NCBI GenBank assembly: GCA_964016885.1
Contig: OZ024740.1
Span: 238,638,001 to 238,702,000 of the forward strand
Source: Eledone cirrhosa
Taxonomy: Eukaryota
Direction of reading: 5' to 3'
Length of the DNA stretch: 64,000 bases
Part shown: one piece after another, positions 51,080-64,000 of the stretch
How the letters are laid out: each line of letters begins with the position of its first letter
Position numbering within the stretch: position 1 is the stretch's first letter
Position numbers and translations under genes: made by a program
Notes under the pieces: generated by a model
The model's database searches: none
What the model saw: the letters and a program-made list of their open reading frames with translations, nothing else
Told to the model about the DNA's origin: nothing

Positions 51080-53150
51080 TGATAGTGATTTCTTTATTAA
51101 CCACAAAGGGTCCACATCAAGAAAAAACATTATGACAGTACAGGACGAAAACATAGTGTGTGTGAATGTGTGTGGGTTTTGCGTGAAAACAAATTTTAAC
51201 AATGTTAAAAAAAAAGGTAATAATAAAATTAAAACAAAGATAGTTCCTCAATAGGGAGGAGACACTTGAGGGTCATTCGTGGAAAAACCCCATAAAACCA
51301 CCAATGCTCTGATCTTTAGGGTAAGTTCCTTGTTCCAGTTGTACTCCTCCAATCGACAGGCTTACACTCAGAGCGGGCCCATTCACTCGGGCCATACTTG
51401 CTTCTCTCACCCACCTTTCAACAAATTGCTTTGAAGGCAGCACTTCTCTCTCCACCCTTATTTTCCTCCTCAAGTGAAATCTGAAGAAGTTAATCAGGGA
51501 TTCTCCAAAGAGGAAAGTTCTCATCTTCAAACCTTGTCCACCATTCAACCTCTTTCGCCATGGCCACAAGACATATAAAAACGGCCTGCTCTTCTTGACT
51601 AAAAGAAGGCAGCGGGACAATCTTCACAATGGACTCAGTTGATAACTGAATTTGTCCTATACATGACAGGTGTTCGACATACACCCACAGGTCAGCAATG
51701 CTCGGACACTGGACGATTGCGTGCAGGATGGTTTCGTCGTCCTGCGTTCATCTAGGACAGTCAGCTGTCAGCACTTCCATGTCTATAGAGTTTATCTCAA
51801 ACAGGCAAAGCTCCTCAGAAGTACTGCCATGCTAGGGATTTCTGGAAATTAACCATGTGTCCTGGACCGAAAGTCCTTTCAAAGAGTGGCTAGTTGATTT
51901 TCATCGATAGAACATCCTAAGAACATTGTCGCTTTTATCTGCCACTAACCCTCGATAGAACATTAAGGTGGTGTTTCTACCGATCATATTGCCCAATTTT
52001 TGAAGGGCTGTAAGCGCCTAGAGACATTCCAGTTTCCAAGCACTTGACCCAAGACTGCAGTTCCGTTAAGGATACAAGATAGGGCAACCACACCTGTTCA
52101 CCGTTTAGGAAGAGATAGAGATGTAGCCTCAGCACATGTCTGCGCATCATTAGCCACGGCATTCCCAGTCCTCCATGCAGGGGCTGTTGACAGCAGACGG
52201 ACTGCCTGACCATTGGAATATGTCCTTTCCACAAGAATTGGTAGAGAAAATGCTCCAGTGCAGTCAGATGGGGTTTGGGACAAGGTACGCCGGTTAAGCA
52301 GTAGTAGATGACAGACACGATAAATGTGTTTGCCACCTCTGCCCTACCTTTCAGAGACAGCTTTCTCTTGGGCCCATCTCTGAGTGAGATTGGCCACTCT
52401 GTTCATTACCTCATCCCAATTTCTGTCCATATGGAGGTCAGGTCCAAACCAGAACCCGAGTAATTTAACCAGCCCATTCATCCAGCACCCGACGACACTG
52501 TTAGACGGCACTGACTTGCCCCTCCATGTGCTGAGTTGTAGGCCCATGGATTTTTCCTAGTTGATGTCCACTCCTATCAGCGCTTCGTATTCCTTCAGAG
52601 CAGTGCTGATCACCCTAATGTGTTTGGTGTTTGACACTACGACTGTGACGTCATCGGCATAAGCTAACACAGATCTTCGTTCTAGTTCACACGGGATGCC
52701 TCTTAATGTCTCTAATTTGTGTAGTAGTGGCTCGAGAGTCAATACATACAACAAGGACGATAGTGGACAGGTTCTGAGAGGTGACCATTCAATCTGACCA
52801 CAGAGCAGATGTCACTATGCATAGTAGCTTTCCATCCTCTGAAAAGCCTGCTGCTTTGAGGACCGCCGCTAGGTACCAATGGTTGACCCTATCAAATGCT
52901 TTGGATTGATCAGTGCTCCACCCGTGCAAGGTTCTTTAGCCACCCTCTCTATGATGTATCACATGAGATGGAGGTTGTTGTGGATGGATCTCTTGGGAAT
53001 AGCACATGTCTGTGCTTCCCAAAAGCTTTTGATATGATTGATCAGGGCCCCACCTGTGCTAGGTTCCTTTGCCAACATCTCTATGATGTATCACAAAGTG
53101 GAGGTTGTCATGGATGGATCTGTCTGAAATGGTGCATGTCTGCACCCCCT
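51080..53150 (-). mobile_element. L1/Tx1-clade LINE 3' part, degenerate
   Basis: LYVLTLEPLL..LRGIP..LAYADDVTVVV, LLGFWFG, FLWKG..GGLGMP. Short internal duplication at about 52890-53120. Confidence 0.8.
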
Positions 53151-53289
53151 CTATCAGCCCACTTATAATAATAATAAACAATAAGCACAACAGCCAAAAG
53201 GGTAGGAAGAGGTCTTTAACCATGGTTGGTGACCTTTCTAGTGGTGGTGTACACAATAAAGCTGTGGTAGTTACACAACCTCAAAAACG

Positions 53290-54420
53290 CAAATTACATG
53301 AAAATGATGAAGAGAAGAAATATGAATTCAAACTGGAACGTTTGGTAGAAGGTTTGATGGGAGTCTCTTGGAGGTAACCAGAAGTGACACCATCCGTCAG
53401 GGCAAGTGTGATGATAGAGGAGCTGTTAACAGCTCATCTCAGATTGTACAGGTGTCCATAGGTCCTCATCATGCAGCTGTACCACAAAATAAACCGCAGA
53501 ACAGTAAAATGATGCAATGAAATCAGAGGCAGAAGGAAATGGATCAAAGAAGATAATAAAATCGCAATCAAGAGTCTTTTGCAGGAGATTCATTCTTGCC
53601 AAAGAGCTTCAGATCATCCATAAAAAGTATGATCTGAAACCACTGAAAGTAAAAAAAATTACAAACAGCGGTTGCAAGCTGAAAAACTTAGAATAAGGGA
53701 GAGTATGGAATAATATGGTCAATTTGAAAGAGGAACGAAGCAAGTAAAAGTAGGATCTTCATGGAATTGGTTGACAAAAGATCTTAAGAAAGAGAGAGAG
53801 ACAGAAATTTTATTAATAGCTGCTCAAGATCAATCACTAAACAAATGTGCTAAGGAATGTGTATAACGCAGATGAAACAAATAAGTGTAGGTTATGTGGA
53901 AAGAAAGTGGAATGTGTGACACACATCGTGAGTGCCTGTGGCATGCTTCTGTAGAGGTCATATATAAGATGTCCCAATAATGTGTGCTTACCCTCTATTG
54001 GTCCTTATGCAAGAAATATGGGGTTGTAACTACTGAGAAATGATATCAGCACAAACTAGAGAAGGTCCTAGAAAATCAGACTGTGAAACTCTTGTAGGAC
54101 TTTACACTCCAGATAGAGTTCTTGAAAATACAAGGCCAGACAACTTTGGTGAAGAAACAAGAAAATTGCAAAGTATTCAGACTTGAGAATAGATGTTGAG
54201 AGAATGCAGAATATGAAAGCAAGAGGGGTACCAATTGTGATTGGAACACTTGGGTTGGTGACAGCAAACTTCCAGAAAAACCTTGATAAAATTGGAATCA
54301 GTCCCAGCATTATGACATTGCAGAAAACAACACTTTTGGGAACAGTAAATATCCTGAGGTTACATAACTTGATAGGGTGTCAATTAAATGATCCAGAGTT
54401 AATAAGATCATCGCTGAACA
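53290..54420 (+). mobile_element. R4/Dong-like (restriction-like endonuclease) non-LTR fragment
   Basis: AAQDQSL, CRLCG..E.VTHIVSAC (CCHC finger), VLEN..KLL.DF..RPD, VPIVIGTLG..LQKTTLLGT..ILR. Ends in (AAT)n. A further piece lies at about 54855-54975. Confidence 0.75.
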
Positions 54421-54437
54421 AATGAATAATAATAATA

Positions 54438-54845
54438 ATTGTTTCTACTTTAGGCACAAGGCCAGCAATTACCCAGTGCATTACTGGTACTTTATTTTAT
54501 CGACCCCGTCAGGATGAAAGGCAAAGTCAACCTTGGCGGGATTTGAACTCAGATCGTAAAGGGACGTAACTATGCTGGAAAGCATGGCATCCGACCCTCT
54601 ACCGATACTGCCAATCCAAATAATAATAATGGTTTCTTATATAGGCACAAGGCCATCAATTTTGAGGCGAGGGAAAAGTCGATGAAATTAACCCCAGTGC
54701 GTGACTGGTACTTTATTTTATCGACGCCGTAAGGAAGAAAGGCAAAGTTAACCTCGGCGGGATTTGAACTCAGAATGGAAAGGGCCGTAACTCTATGCGT
54801 CAAAGCATGGCGTCCGACCCTCTAGCGATACTGCCAATCCATCGG
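54438..54845 (-). mobile_element. Two tandem young family A SINEs
   Basis: Two near-consensus copies separated by (AAT)n. Confidence 0.9.
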
Positions 54846-55412
54846 ATAATAATAATCATCCTGGCCCAGACTCATAAAGAATGGAGGCATGATATAATAG
54901 GAAAAGTGATCCACTGGCATTTGTGCGAATTGAACAATTCACCCCACACTGAGAGGTGGTAGAAACATAAGCCAGATTGTCCCCATCAACATAGGAGCAT
55001 TGGCTGGCTAAAGACCATCAGCCCACCCACCCCCGTTTTGGAACACTTCAAAAATCATGCCTACTTGGAATGGCAAGGACCCGCTGATACTTCCTGAATA
55101 TCTGAGGCTACAGGTAGAAGTTTGATATTCATAAGGGCAATTATTCTGGTTGAATAACATCAATGACAGAGACATATGAAAATAATAATAATCATGACAA
55201 CAATAATAATAAAAAGAACAATATAAAGAGATGTCATTCTGATCATATAATTCACACATTTACAATTGATTTAGAGTGCCACATAAATATATCTTCAACT
55301 AATTTATAGTTTACAGCTTTACATATAAACAAACAACAACTACAAAAAATGCAGTATTACAACACCATATACATACACATATACACATATCTATATTTGT
55401 GTATGTATATAT

Positions 55413-55461
<49 letters not shown>

Positions 55462-55661
55462 GTAAGTTCCCGAGTGATGTCAGGCGGGTAAACAGTTAAA
55501 AAAGGTACTCAATATGTTGGTAGAGTAACGAATAAAACAGTTCTAGTCCTGTAGAAGTCATTTCTCTCTCTCTCTGTATATATATATCTATATCTATAAT
55601 ATATATTTAATTACATAATAAACAACATAATATAAGATTTCAAATCTTATATCCAAAGCAT

Positions 55662-55741
55662 AACTATTTCATCTGATGAATGAGCTGGACATTTCTGTAA
55701 GGATCGTCTAGTTTCCTTAAACCTTTGGTAATGGAATAATT
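55662..55741 (+). ncRNA. Degenerate type I hammerhead ribozyme motif (G12 lost)
   Basis: Stem I aactatttcat/atggaataatt. CTGATGA at 55673-55679. Stem II atgagctggac/gtctagtttcct. TAAA replaces GAAA. Stem III ACC-ttt-GGT with a GUA triplet. Confidence 0.6.
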
Positions 55742-57599
55742 ATATTGTGTTGTTTATTATGTAATTAAATAGCTCTGTACTATACATAGAGCACTCTTCT
55801 TTCCTTTACCTTTTCTACAGAAATACTTAACACACTCACACATATATATATCAGAAAAGTCAATAAGGAAAAATACACAGAACAATACAATAAAGATATA
55901 TATTAGTTTCACACTTGATATAGTAGGATAAGAATCTTAATGTTTCTGATGTTAGACCTTCTATGGAAGATAGAATGAGAGAGAGAAAGAGAGGGATGAA
56001 ATAGGAAGCTAGAAGAGAGTAAGAAAAGAAAGAAAATGGGAAAGTGGATATTAAATGATGATAAAATGATATATATATATATATATATATATAAATATAT
56101 ATATATATTAACTGTCTTGTATGCTGGGTGTCTTTGCAAGCTTAATATACCTTTACATGTGCAAGGAGGGGAGGCTCTTTTCTTTATTGCACATTCACAG
56201 ACTTCAGTGAATATGTGACATTGCATACAAACATTTATCTTAATTAACAATCTTTGGTGAGCAAATAATAAATTAAGTATTAAAAAAAGGTATTTTGATT
56301 GTAGCTGCTGCTGCTAATTCTGCAGGTGCTGCTGCTGCTGCTACCACTACCACTACTACTAGATATCAGAAGAATGAGTAGAGGGGGTAAGGTGAGTGTT
56401 CATTGATTAATATGAAATAGTTTTTATTTCTCTAGAATCGATGACCTACAAACATGTTGATGACTTTATTAATACCATGTTGGAAAATTAAGCAGGACAT
56501 GATGAGCTATCATGTTTGCCCTTTCCTTCTTTCTACTTCCTCATTATATACATATGAGGGAGCTTCTAAGTTGCTACTCAACATGCTGGGAATAGCAGCT
56601 AAATCTCCTTCAAATCACACTCTACTATCTTTAAAAAAGGAAAAACAACATTGGATACTGTCATCCCAGATATAGTATGCCTGAATTAGAGACATGATGG
56701 TCATGGCTGGAATGTCTTTAATCATAGGTCTGGTGGTTTGGGACTGACTTGAGGCTAAACAATAACAATTTTATACTAGAATAGTTCATATCCTCATATA
56801 CTTTAGTTGCTGTAGTTTTGTCTTAGGTTGGCTGTGACTGAACAAGGCTATGATCAGAAGCATTCTGGCCATAACCATCCTGTTGTTTTAGAGGTATCTA
56901 AATTATCGAATGTGTCCTTTGTTTATGATGGGGGTTTGATTTGAAGGAATTTTGACTGTTTCTTCTATTCTCATAGACTCAAAGATCCTCTTTTATAGGT
57001 ACCACTTTTAACCAACACCAATAAATAACAACCTTATTGTATAAATATCCATCATATATTATGCCAGTCCTACTTTTCACAATAAATCATATCAAACTAC
57101 AAAGAACAAATAACAGCACACTTTGTATTTTTGCAGTCAGAAATTCTGTCTTGATCACTGTAGCTACAAACTTGTAAAACTGCTAACAATACTTAATTCT
57201 TGTGTTCTGAACAAAAGCTTTGTTAAAAAATGCTAAGTTTTGAGGATGACACAAAAATAGTAGTGACCCACTAATGAAGAAATTTGGTATTCTGACTATG
57301 AAGTATTTGATGAATGTTTCTGTATTTATATATTACTTCAATCTACTGAAATAATATTTGTCACATGGCAAGCTCAATTACAGAACACCCAATCAGTGGA
57401 CAGAATGAACACATATCCAGTAGAGCATACAAAAATATATCCCGAATTCATTTTTTCTACATATTGAATAATTTAGGTAAAAAAATTACATTTTGGAAAA
57501 AATGAAACTAAATTTCATTTTTCACTCTTAGTATGACTGAGGAAAGAAATATTTAAGTTAGTTAGGTGTTATAATAAATAGATGTAGGAAATGTAAAAT

Positions 57600-58140
57600 A
57601 TCATCTTCAGCCCTTGAAAGTCCATTGTTAGACATAGGCCTTTCCTGATCTTGAGCCATTTGTGGCCAAAATTTTCAATTTTCTTGAGGTTGTCTCACCT
57701 TCATGTGTGACCTCTTTGGGTACAGAATGTGACACAGGTGGTCCATTTGTTATCAGTCATTCTGGCAATGTGTCTTGCCCACTTCCATTTTGTTTTTCTA
57801 ATGATTTCTAGGATGTCATGAAATTTTGTTTGTTCTCGGATCCATTTAGCAGTTTTTCGATCTCGCCATGTGATGTTTCAACATGGACTCTTTGCATTGT
57901 CGTAACTTTAAGAGTTTGCTTTTTTGTTAGGTTCTAGGTTTCTGATCTTTGAAGACAATTGGCATGTCTGTTCTTGAAGATGACACTCATTCTTTCAAAG
58001 GCCTGTCACCCCAGTGTGATGCGGTGCTTGACATCTTGTTCTTTGGATGCAGAGCCCATTGAAATGCGCTGACCAAGGTATATGTAGTGGTCAACCTCCT
58101 CATTGATCATGATGACCAGGTCAGTATCCTCAATGTATAC
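57600..58140 (-). mobile_element. RTE LINE 3' fragment (third family)
   Basis: The reverse strand encodes YIYLGQ and KWKWARHIARMTDNKWT-like motifs. Confidence 0.7.
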
Positions 58141-59931
58141 AGCTTTACATTGATAATGTAAAATATAGCAAAACTATATTCTTATTCTTCAAACTAAGGT
58201 AAAGTATCTATAATTATGAACCAACAAAGACTACACTTGACCTGATAGAAATAGCAACCAAGCCATCCCCAAACAACATGTTATTTTAAAACAAGGAAGG
58301 GCAGGACATATTGGAAAATATTGTCCTAGGTACACTAGGTCTGAAAGAAAAACATTGATGGTCACAGCTTGAATGTGTTTCTGTATCAGGGCTAAACAAC
58401 TGAACAGATGTGATCAAACAATACGCTGGACGACATATGGTGTTAGCATTCCAGTCTTTAGTTATTTTTAATTGTTTATTAATGCCTTTCTAAATATATC
58501 TTCTTGAATTATATATCTTTTTAAACATATTTTTTTTTAAAAATTGCTTATTTCTGTATTTATTTTTAAATTTTCTTATGAATTCACTTTCTATTCTATA
58601 TCTTGTGTCGTTCTATATCACCTACCTACGTTAAAATCATTTTATATGTTTCTTTCAGAAAAGAATGTTTTGGAAGACAGCTTACACTAAGGACATTGAT
58701 TATTTGATGTCTTTCAGTTTTTAGTTACATTTTTGTATCTTCATATAGTGTACAATATTTGGAATTCTTCCTTTGAGTGTGCTACTAATGAAGTACTACT
58801 AGATATTTGACCAGCATGCCAAAAAATATTGACTTTAGAGGAAAGCAAGACAGGTTAAATATCTCGCTAACCTAATTACAAGTAAGATGGAAACAGTAAT
58901 CTATTAAGTCAGTAAAACCCAATCCTTTAAAATTAATTAAGTCCAATGTTAAAGATGAGAAATAATTACTTACAAGTAACAAAACAAAGTAGTTGAAATC
59001 ATGCAACTATTTTCTATATCCAATTATACACAAAAAAATTCAACACCCCCTTAACAAAAATGCTGGCAACCAACACAAAAATACTGGCTACCAAACCCCT
59101 ATGTAATGTAGAGACAACACCTCCAGAATTTTCAATTTCCTATTTGGAAAACTGCAAGGATCCATTCTCTCACTGAGCCTTTTCATTATGTGCTAACACA
59201 ACTTTCACATACCTTTGCAAAAGTTACAGATAGCCTCTCCCTACACTGATTATATCACAATGATACAGTCTTCCCATACCTTCTCAAAATATATAAACAG
59301 CCTCCTTTATGCAGATAATATATTAACACAACCTTCCCATTGGTCTCTTCCCATCCTCATTGCTGAGGACTGGCGACCTTGGACAATTGCAGCAATGCTC
59401 ATCTATATGATGATGTATGTCTGTGATTCTCACCGGAAAAAAAGTGATGTTGATGGGTTCTGAAATCCACATCTGACCATTACTCAGAAGCTGGCTACCA
59501 AGCTGCAGCTCATCTGCCTTCATTACACTTGAAAGATTGTTACCAAGGTGATTAAGGAGTTCCATCTACCCCAGTTTTGAAGTCAGTGATATTTCTCCTA
59601 GACAGATTGCTAATCCATACCTACACAGATATCATACTCACATCTTCCCAAAATGCAAAGCTATTCCAACCAAACACCAATCTCTAGAAACTTAGCTCTA
59701 AAACAACAAACTTAAAGTGTAAAACCTAACAAATCTGGTTTCATTTTCTTACCAGCAACACCAGGGAACATTGAATACAATCAACCATCACATTCAACAA
59801 CATAGACATACCACATACACACACACACAAGAGATTAAAATATGATGAGTTATATAGAATACCTCTATAACATTCATAGAAGACATAGAAAAGAACGCAA
59901 AATGGTGTATGAACATACTTAGAACAATAAC

Positions 59932-60116
59932 TGTTTCTACTTTAGGCACAAGGCCAGCAATTACCCAGTGCATTACTGGTACTTTATTTTATCGACCCCG
60001 TAAGGATGAAAGGCAAAGTTAACCTCGGCAGGATTTGAACTCAGACCGTAAAGGGACGTAACTATGCTGGAAAGCATGGCGTCCAACCCTCTACCGATAC
60101 TGCCAATTCACCACCC
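59932..60116 (-). mobile_element. Young full-length SINE family A with 18-bp TSD
   Basis: TSD catacttagaacaataac at 59914-59931 and 60117-60134. Confidence 0.92.
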
Positions 60117-61749
60117 CATACTTAGAACAATAACATGTACACATTTGTCCAACAGAAAGAAACAAAATTAGATCTACTACGGATGATGCTAACCTTGCCT
60201 GGGTTCCTAATCTCTCTCCAAGGCAAACAAATATTAATTTACTAATAAACTACATAGAACATCACTTCACAAGTTGTACACAAACCAACTACATGACAAA
60301 ACAAAAATACTAAACATTAAAGAGTAGAGTTTTGTAGCTTGCTTGAAGCATTGTTGAATAGGAAACACAAATTTAAATTTTGAAAACCAAAACAATGCGT
60401 TATGAAGAATGTTAAATTGCCAAGATAACAAAAGAATCTTACCTTAGTAAATTTAACGATCCCAAATATTTTCGGGTTTAAAAACCCATTATCAAGGGAG
60501 TAACCCTATGAGGGACTTAAAAATCAATTGGACAGACTTGCTTGTTTGGAGAGCAGATTTTAAAGAGTATATGGTCCTGCAAGGGGCACAATTTGCTACC
60601 CCAGGGAACTTCACATCTTATCACTACATAAAAAAAAATCCCTTCCATACACCCAGACACACACACAACTCTCCACCCCCAGAACATGATTACAATACCA
60701 TCCTAAAAGCACTATCTCATCCATTTCACTATTTCTTCAACATATAAAACATACACACAGAAATTGATAGACCGCCATCAGTTTTGATGAGTGTTCCAGT
60801 TGTCTGATCAATGCAACAGTCTGCTCATGAAATTAATGTGTAAGTGGTTGAACATTCCCCAGACACATGTATTCTTTATGTAATTTTCAGGGAGATTCAG
60901 CATGACAGGGCTGATCCTTTGAATTATCGACACAGTCCATCCAAGGGACTTCCAAACAGTTTCCATCTATTCAATTTCACTCACAAGGTTCATTTGAAAC
61001 TATGGTAAATGACACTTGCCCAAGATGCCCTGCAGTTGGATCAAACCTCGGATTTAATGATTACAAAGCAAATTCCTCAGCCATTTGGCCATGTTGTGTC
61101 CACAATACAGAAATAGCTATGCCATCATTAGTCTCATTAGCCCCAAACTTTGTGTTGAGTTGTATACCACCAATGGTGAGTTCAATCTCAGTCATATCCT
61201 GACTGAGACTTTCCACTCCTTTCACTGTGGTTACCAAGAGAAACTATAGGTTAAATAAAACCCCGCAAAACAGGAAAGTCGAGAGAGTGTACATGCCCAT
61301 ACTGCCATACTGCATTCAATATAATTCATCACTGTAAGTCAGAGAATGCAGTATGATTCTCAGCTAGGTATGGTATATCTGGAATAATAGATATATGGGT
61401 TATGCTTATAGGTCTGCTTGATCAAAGTTGATTCCAGGCTACATAACAGTAACATAATAAGTTTTACTAAAATATTATACACAATAAAGCATGGGAAGAA
61501 ATGGAGTCAAAAATATCATGTGAGTACAGGCAAGTACAGAGAAATGGACTGTCAAATACTATGATATTTCTGATAAGATAAAACAAAAACATAACATAAA
61601 TATTTTTTTTACTGCTTGTAAACAACTCTCAGCAGCTGACTTAATACATTTATAGGTATAATGTCAAAAGAAGTATGAGAAAATAATATCGTCATCATTA
61701 TCATCATTATTTTTATTAGTATTATTACTGTGAAGATAAATCATCATTA

Positions 61750-64000
61750 TTTTTATTATTCAGTAGATTGACAGAATTATTAGTGTTGAATGAAATGCCT
61801 TGTGGTATTTGTTCTGGCCTCTATGTTTCTAAGTTAAAAAACCTACACAACTGACCTTCAGTCACCCAAAGTCAATAAAATAAAGTTTCAGTCTAGTGAC
61901 AGGGTTGATTTAATCAACTATACTCCTACTACCAAATTTATGGTTTTGTGTTTATGTAATCCTCCTTATGGGTGGGTGGGGTGACAAAATAAAGTACCAG
62001 TAATGCCCTGGAGTTGATTTAATCGACTTTCCTCTCTCCCTAAATTGCTAGCCTTGTGCCTAGAGTAAAAATCATCATCATCATCATTATTATTATTATT
62101 ATATTAGGGTGGTGAATTAGCAGAGTTGATATAGACAAGCAAAGTGCCTTGCAGTATTTAGATAAGGCCCTTTATGCTTTTAGTTCAACTCCTGATGCAG
62201 TTGACTATGTCTTCCATCCTTCTGGGTTTGATAATATAAAAACCAGTCAAGTACTAATTAATATAACCAACCTGTCCTCTTTCCTAAAATTTCAGTTCTT
62301 GTGCCTATGTTAGAAATCACCATCATTGTTATTTTGGCAGTATCGGTAGAGCGTCAGACATCATGCTATGCAGCATAGGGTTATGGCCCTTTACGATCTG
62401 AGTTCAAATCCCACCGAGGTTGACTTTGCCTTTCATCCTTACGGGGTCGATAAAATAAAGTACCAGTAATACACTGGATAATTGCTGGCCTTGTGCCTAA
62501 CGTAGAAACAATTATTATTATTATTATTATAATAAAGATAGACGGTAGTCACGGAATAGGCAGACCTAGAAAAACCTGGGACGAGCTGATAAACTCCGAC
62601 ATCACACACTTACACCTCTCCAAGACAATGTCACTGGACCGAGACCTTTGGCGGTACTCAGTAACAGAGAAGACCCGCCTTACCTAAATATATAGTAAAA
62701 CCTACTCCAGCCAGTAGGCATCTCTAACAAAATACACCCCCCCACCCCATCCCGTTCTATGTAAAGTTATGTTGGTGCCGCGCCATCCAGGCCGAAACAA
62801 ATGAGATCGTGTAGGTGTCACGACAAAAAAACACACAGTCCACGATGTAATGTGGCCGTGTAGGCAACATGGTAAAAACCTCCCAGACCCACACTGTAAA
62901 TGTGGTTGGTGTTAGGAAGGGCATCCAACTGTAGAAAACCTGCCAGACAGTCCTATGCGAGCAAGACAATCACTCTTGCCTCAAGTGGGACTACCCCCGT
63001 CCAAACCCATGCAAGCATGGAACACGGACGTTAAATGATGATGATGATTATTATGTGGTGGATTAGCTGAATTGTTAGAGCATCAAACAACATACCTTGT
63101 GGTATTTGTTCAAATTTTTTATATTTCACTATGGTTAACTTTGTCGTTCATCTTTCCAATATTCATTTTTAAATGTACCAGTTATATATTGGGGTAGATA
63201 TAATCAATTTACACCATCCCCTCGAATTACTGGTTTTATGTTTATATTTGAAAAAATTATTATTGTTAATTTGGCTCTATTTTTTATTATTGTTAGGGCA
63301 TCCCGCTGAGGTTAGCTTTGCCTTTCATCCTTACGGGATTAATAAAATAACGTACCAGTAACACGGTGGGGTAGATTTAATTGACTTTCCTCTCCCCCCA
63401 AAAAATTGCTGGCCTTGTGCCTAAATCTGAAACCATTATTATTGTTAAGGCAGTGAATTCACAAAATTGCTAGGGTGTCACACAACAAACTTTGTGGTAT
63501 ATAGTTACAGCCCTTTATGTTCTGAGTTCAAATTCCACTGGGGTTGATAAAATAAAGCCCCAGTAATGCACCATGGTCGATTTAATTGACTTTCCCCTTC
63601 CCTTCAAATTGCTGGCCATGTGCCAAAAGTAGAAATAATTATTATTAGCAAATTGTTCCCACTAATTAATCCTTGTCAGTTTTGCTTGAACAGATCTATG
63701 AACCAAAAGTAGCTTATCAGGTGGTGTATATAAGTTCTCAGCCAGTTTTTTTCCCTTCCTGGTTGGAACTGCTTCATTGATGTTATTAATACTAGATTAT
63801 CTAGACATGATAATTACAACTTCTCCATCCATACTCTAAAAAATCCCTGGCTTTATGTTTGTGTAAGAAATTGTTATGTGGACTGGCAGAATTGTTAGGG
63901 CATCAGACAAAATGCTTTTCAGCATTTAGTTATGGCTCTTTATGTTCTGAGTTCAAATCCTGCCAAGGACAACATTATCATTCTTCTGCGGTCAATAAAA
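61750..64000 (+). mobile_element. Second stack of about 8 co-oriented family A SINEs with an RTE 3' end (about 62530-63046) inserted
   Basis: Repeated SINE modules between (ATT)n/(ATC)n tracts. RTE motif GRPRKTWDELI and (GAT)n tail. Confidence 0.82.

Overview
AT-rich, repeat-dense eukaryotic genomic DNA. The SINE, RTE and CR1 repertoire and the (TA)n/(AAT)n/(GAT)n microsatellites resemble an octopus (coleoid cephalopod) genome; this is an inference, not a database match. One host gene is well supported: a minus-strand BTB-BACK-Kelch (KLHL24/6/35-like) gene. Its two coding exons (38182-37571 and 32585-31473) join in phase 0 across a 4985-nt GT-AG intron to give 574 aa. Almost everything else is transposon debris: two tRNA-derived SINE families, RTE, CR1, L1/Tx1 and R4-like LINE fragments, mariner, hAT and piggyBac-like DNA elements, and a Helitron. 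The most interesting signal is a set of hammerhead-ribozyme (HHR) motifs: one minimal type I HHR with an intact catalytic core at 49811-49868, and several decayed ones. These occur with many fold-back inverted duplications at (TA)n tracts, which fits Penelope-like element remnants. No prokaryotic features, CRISPR arrays, rRNA or genuine tRNA genes were seen. Most ORFs in the supplied track are noise or TE fragments. TE boundaries without a stated TSD are approximate.
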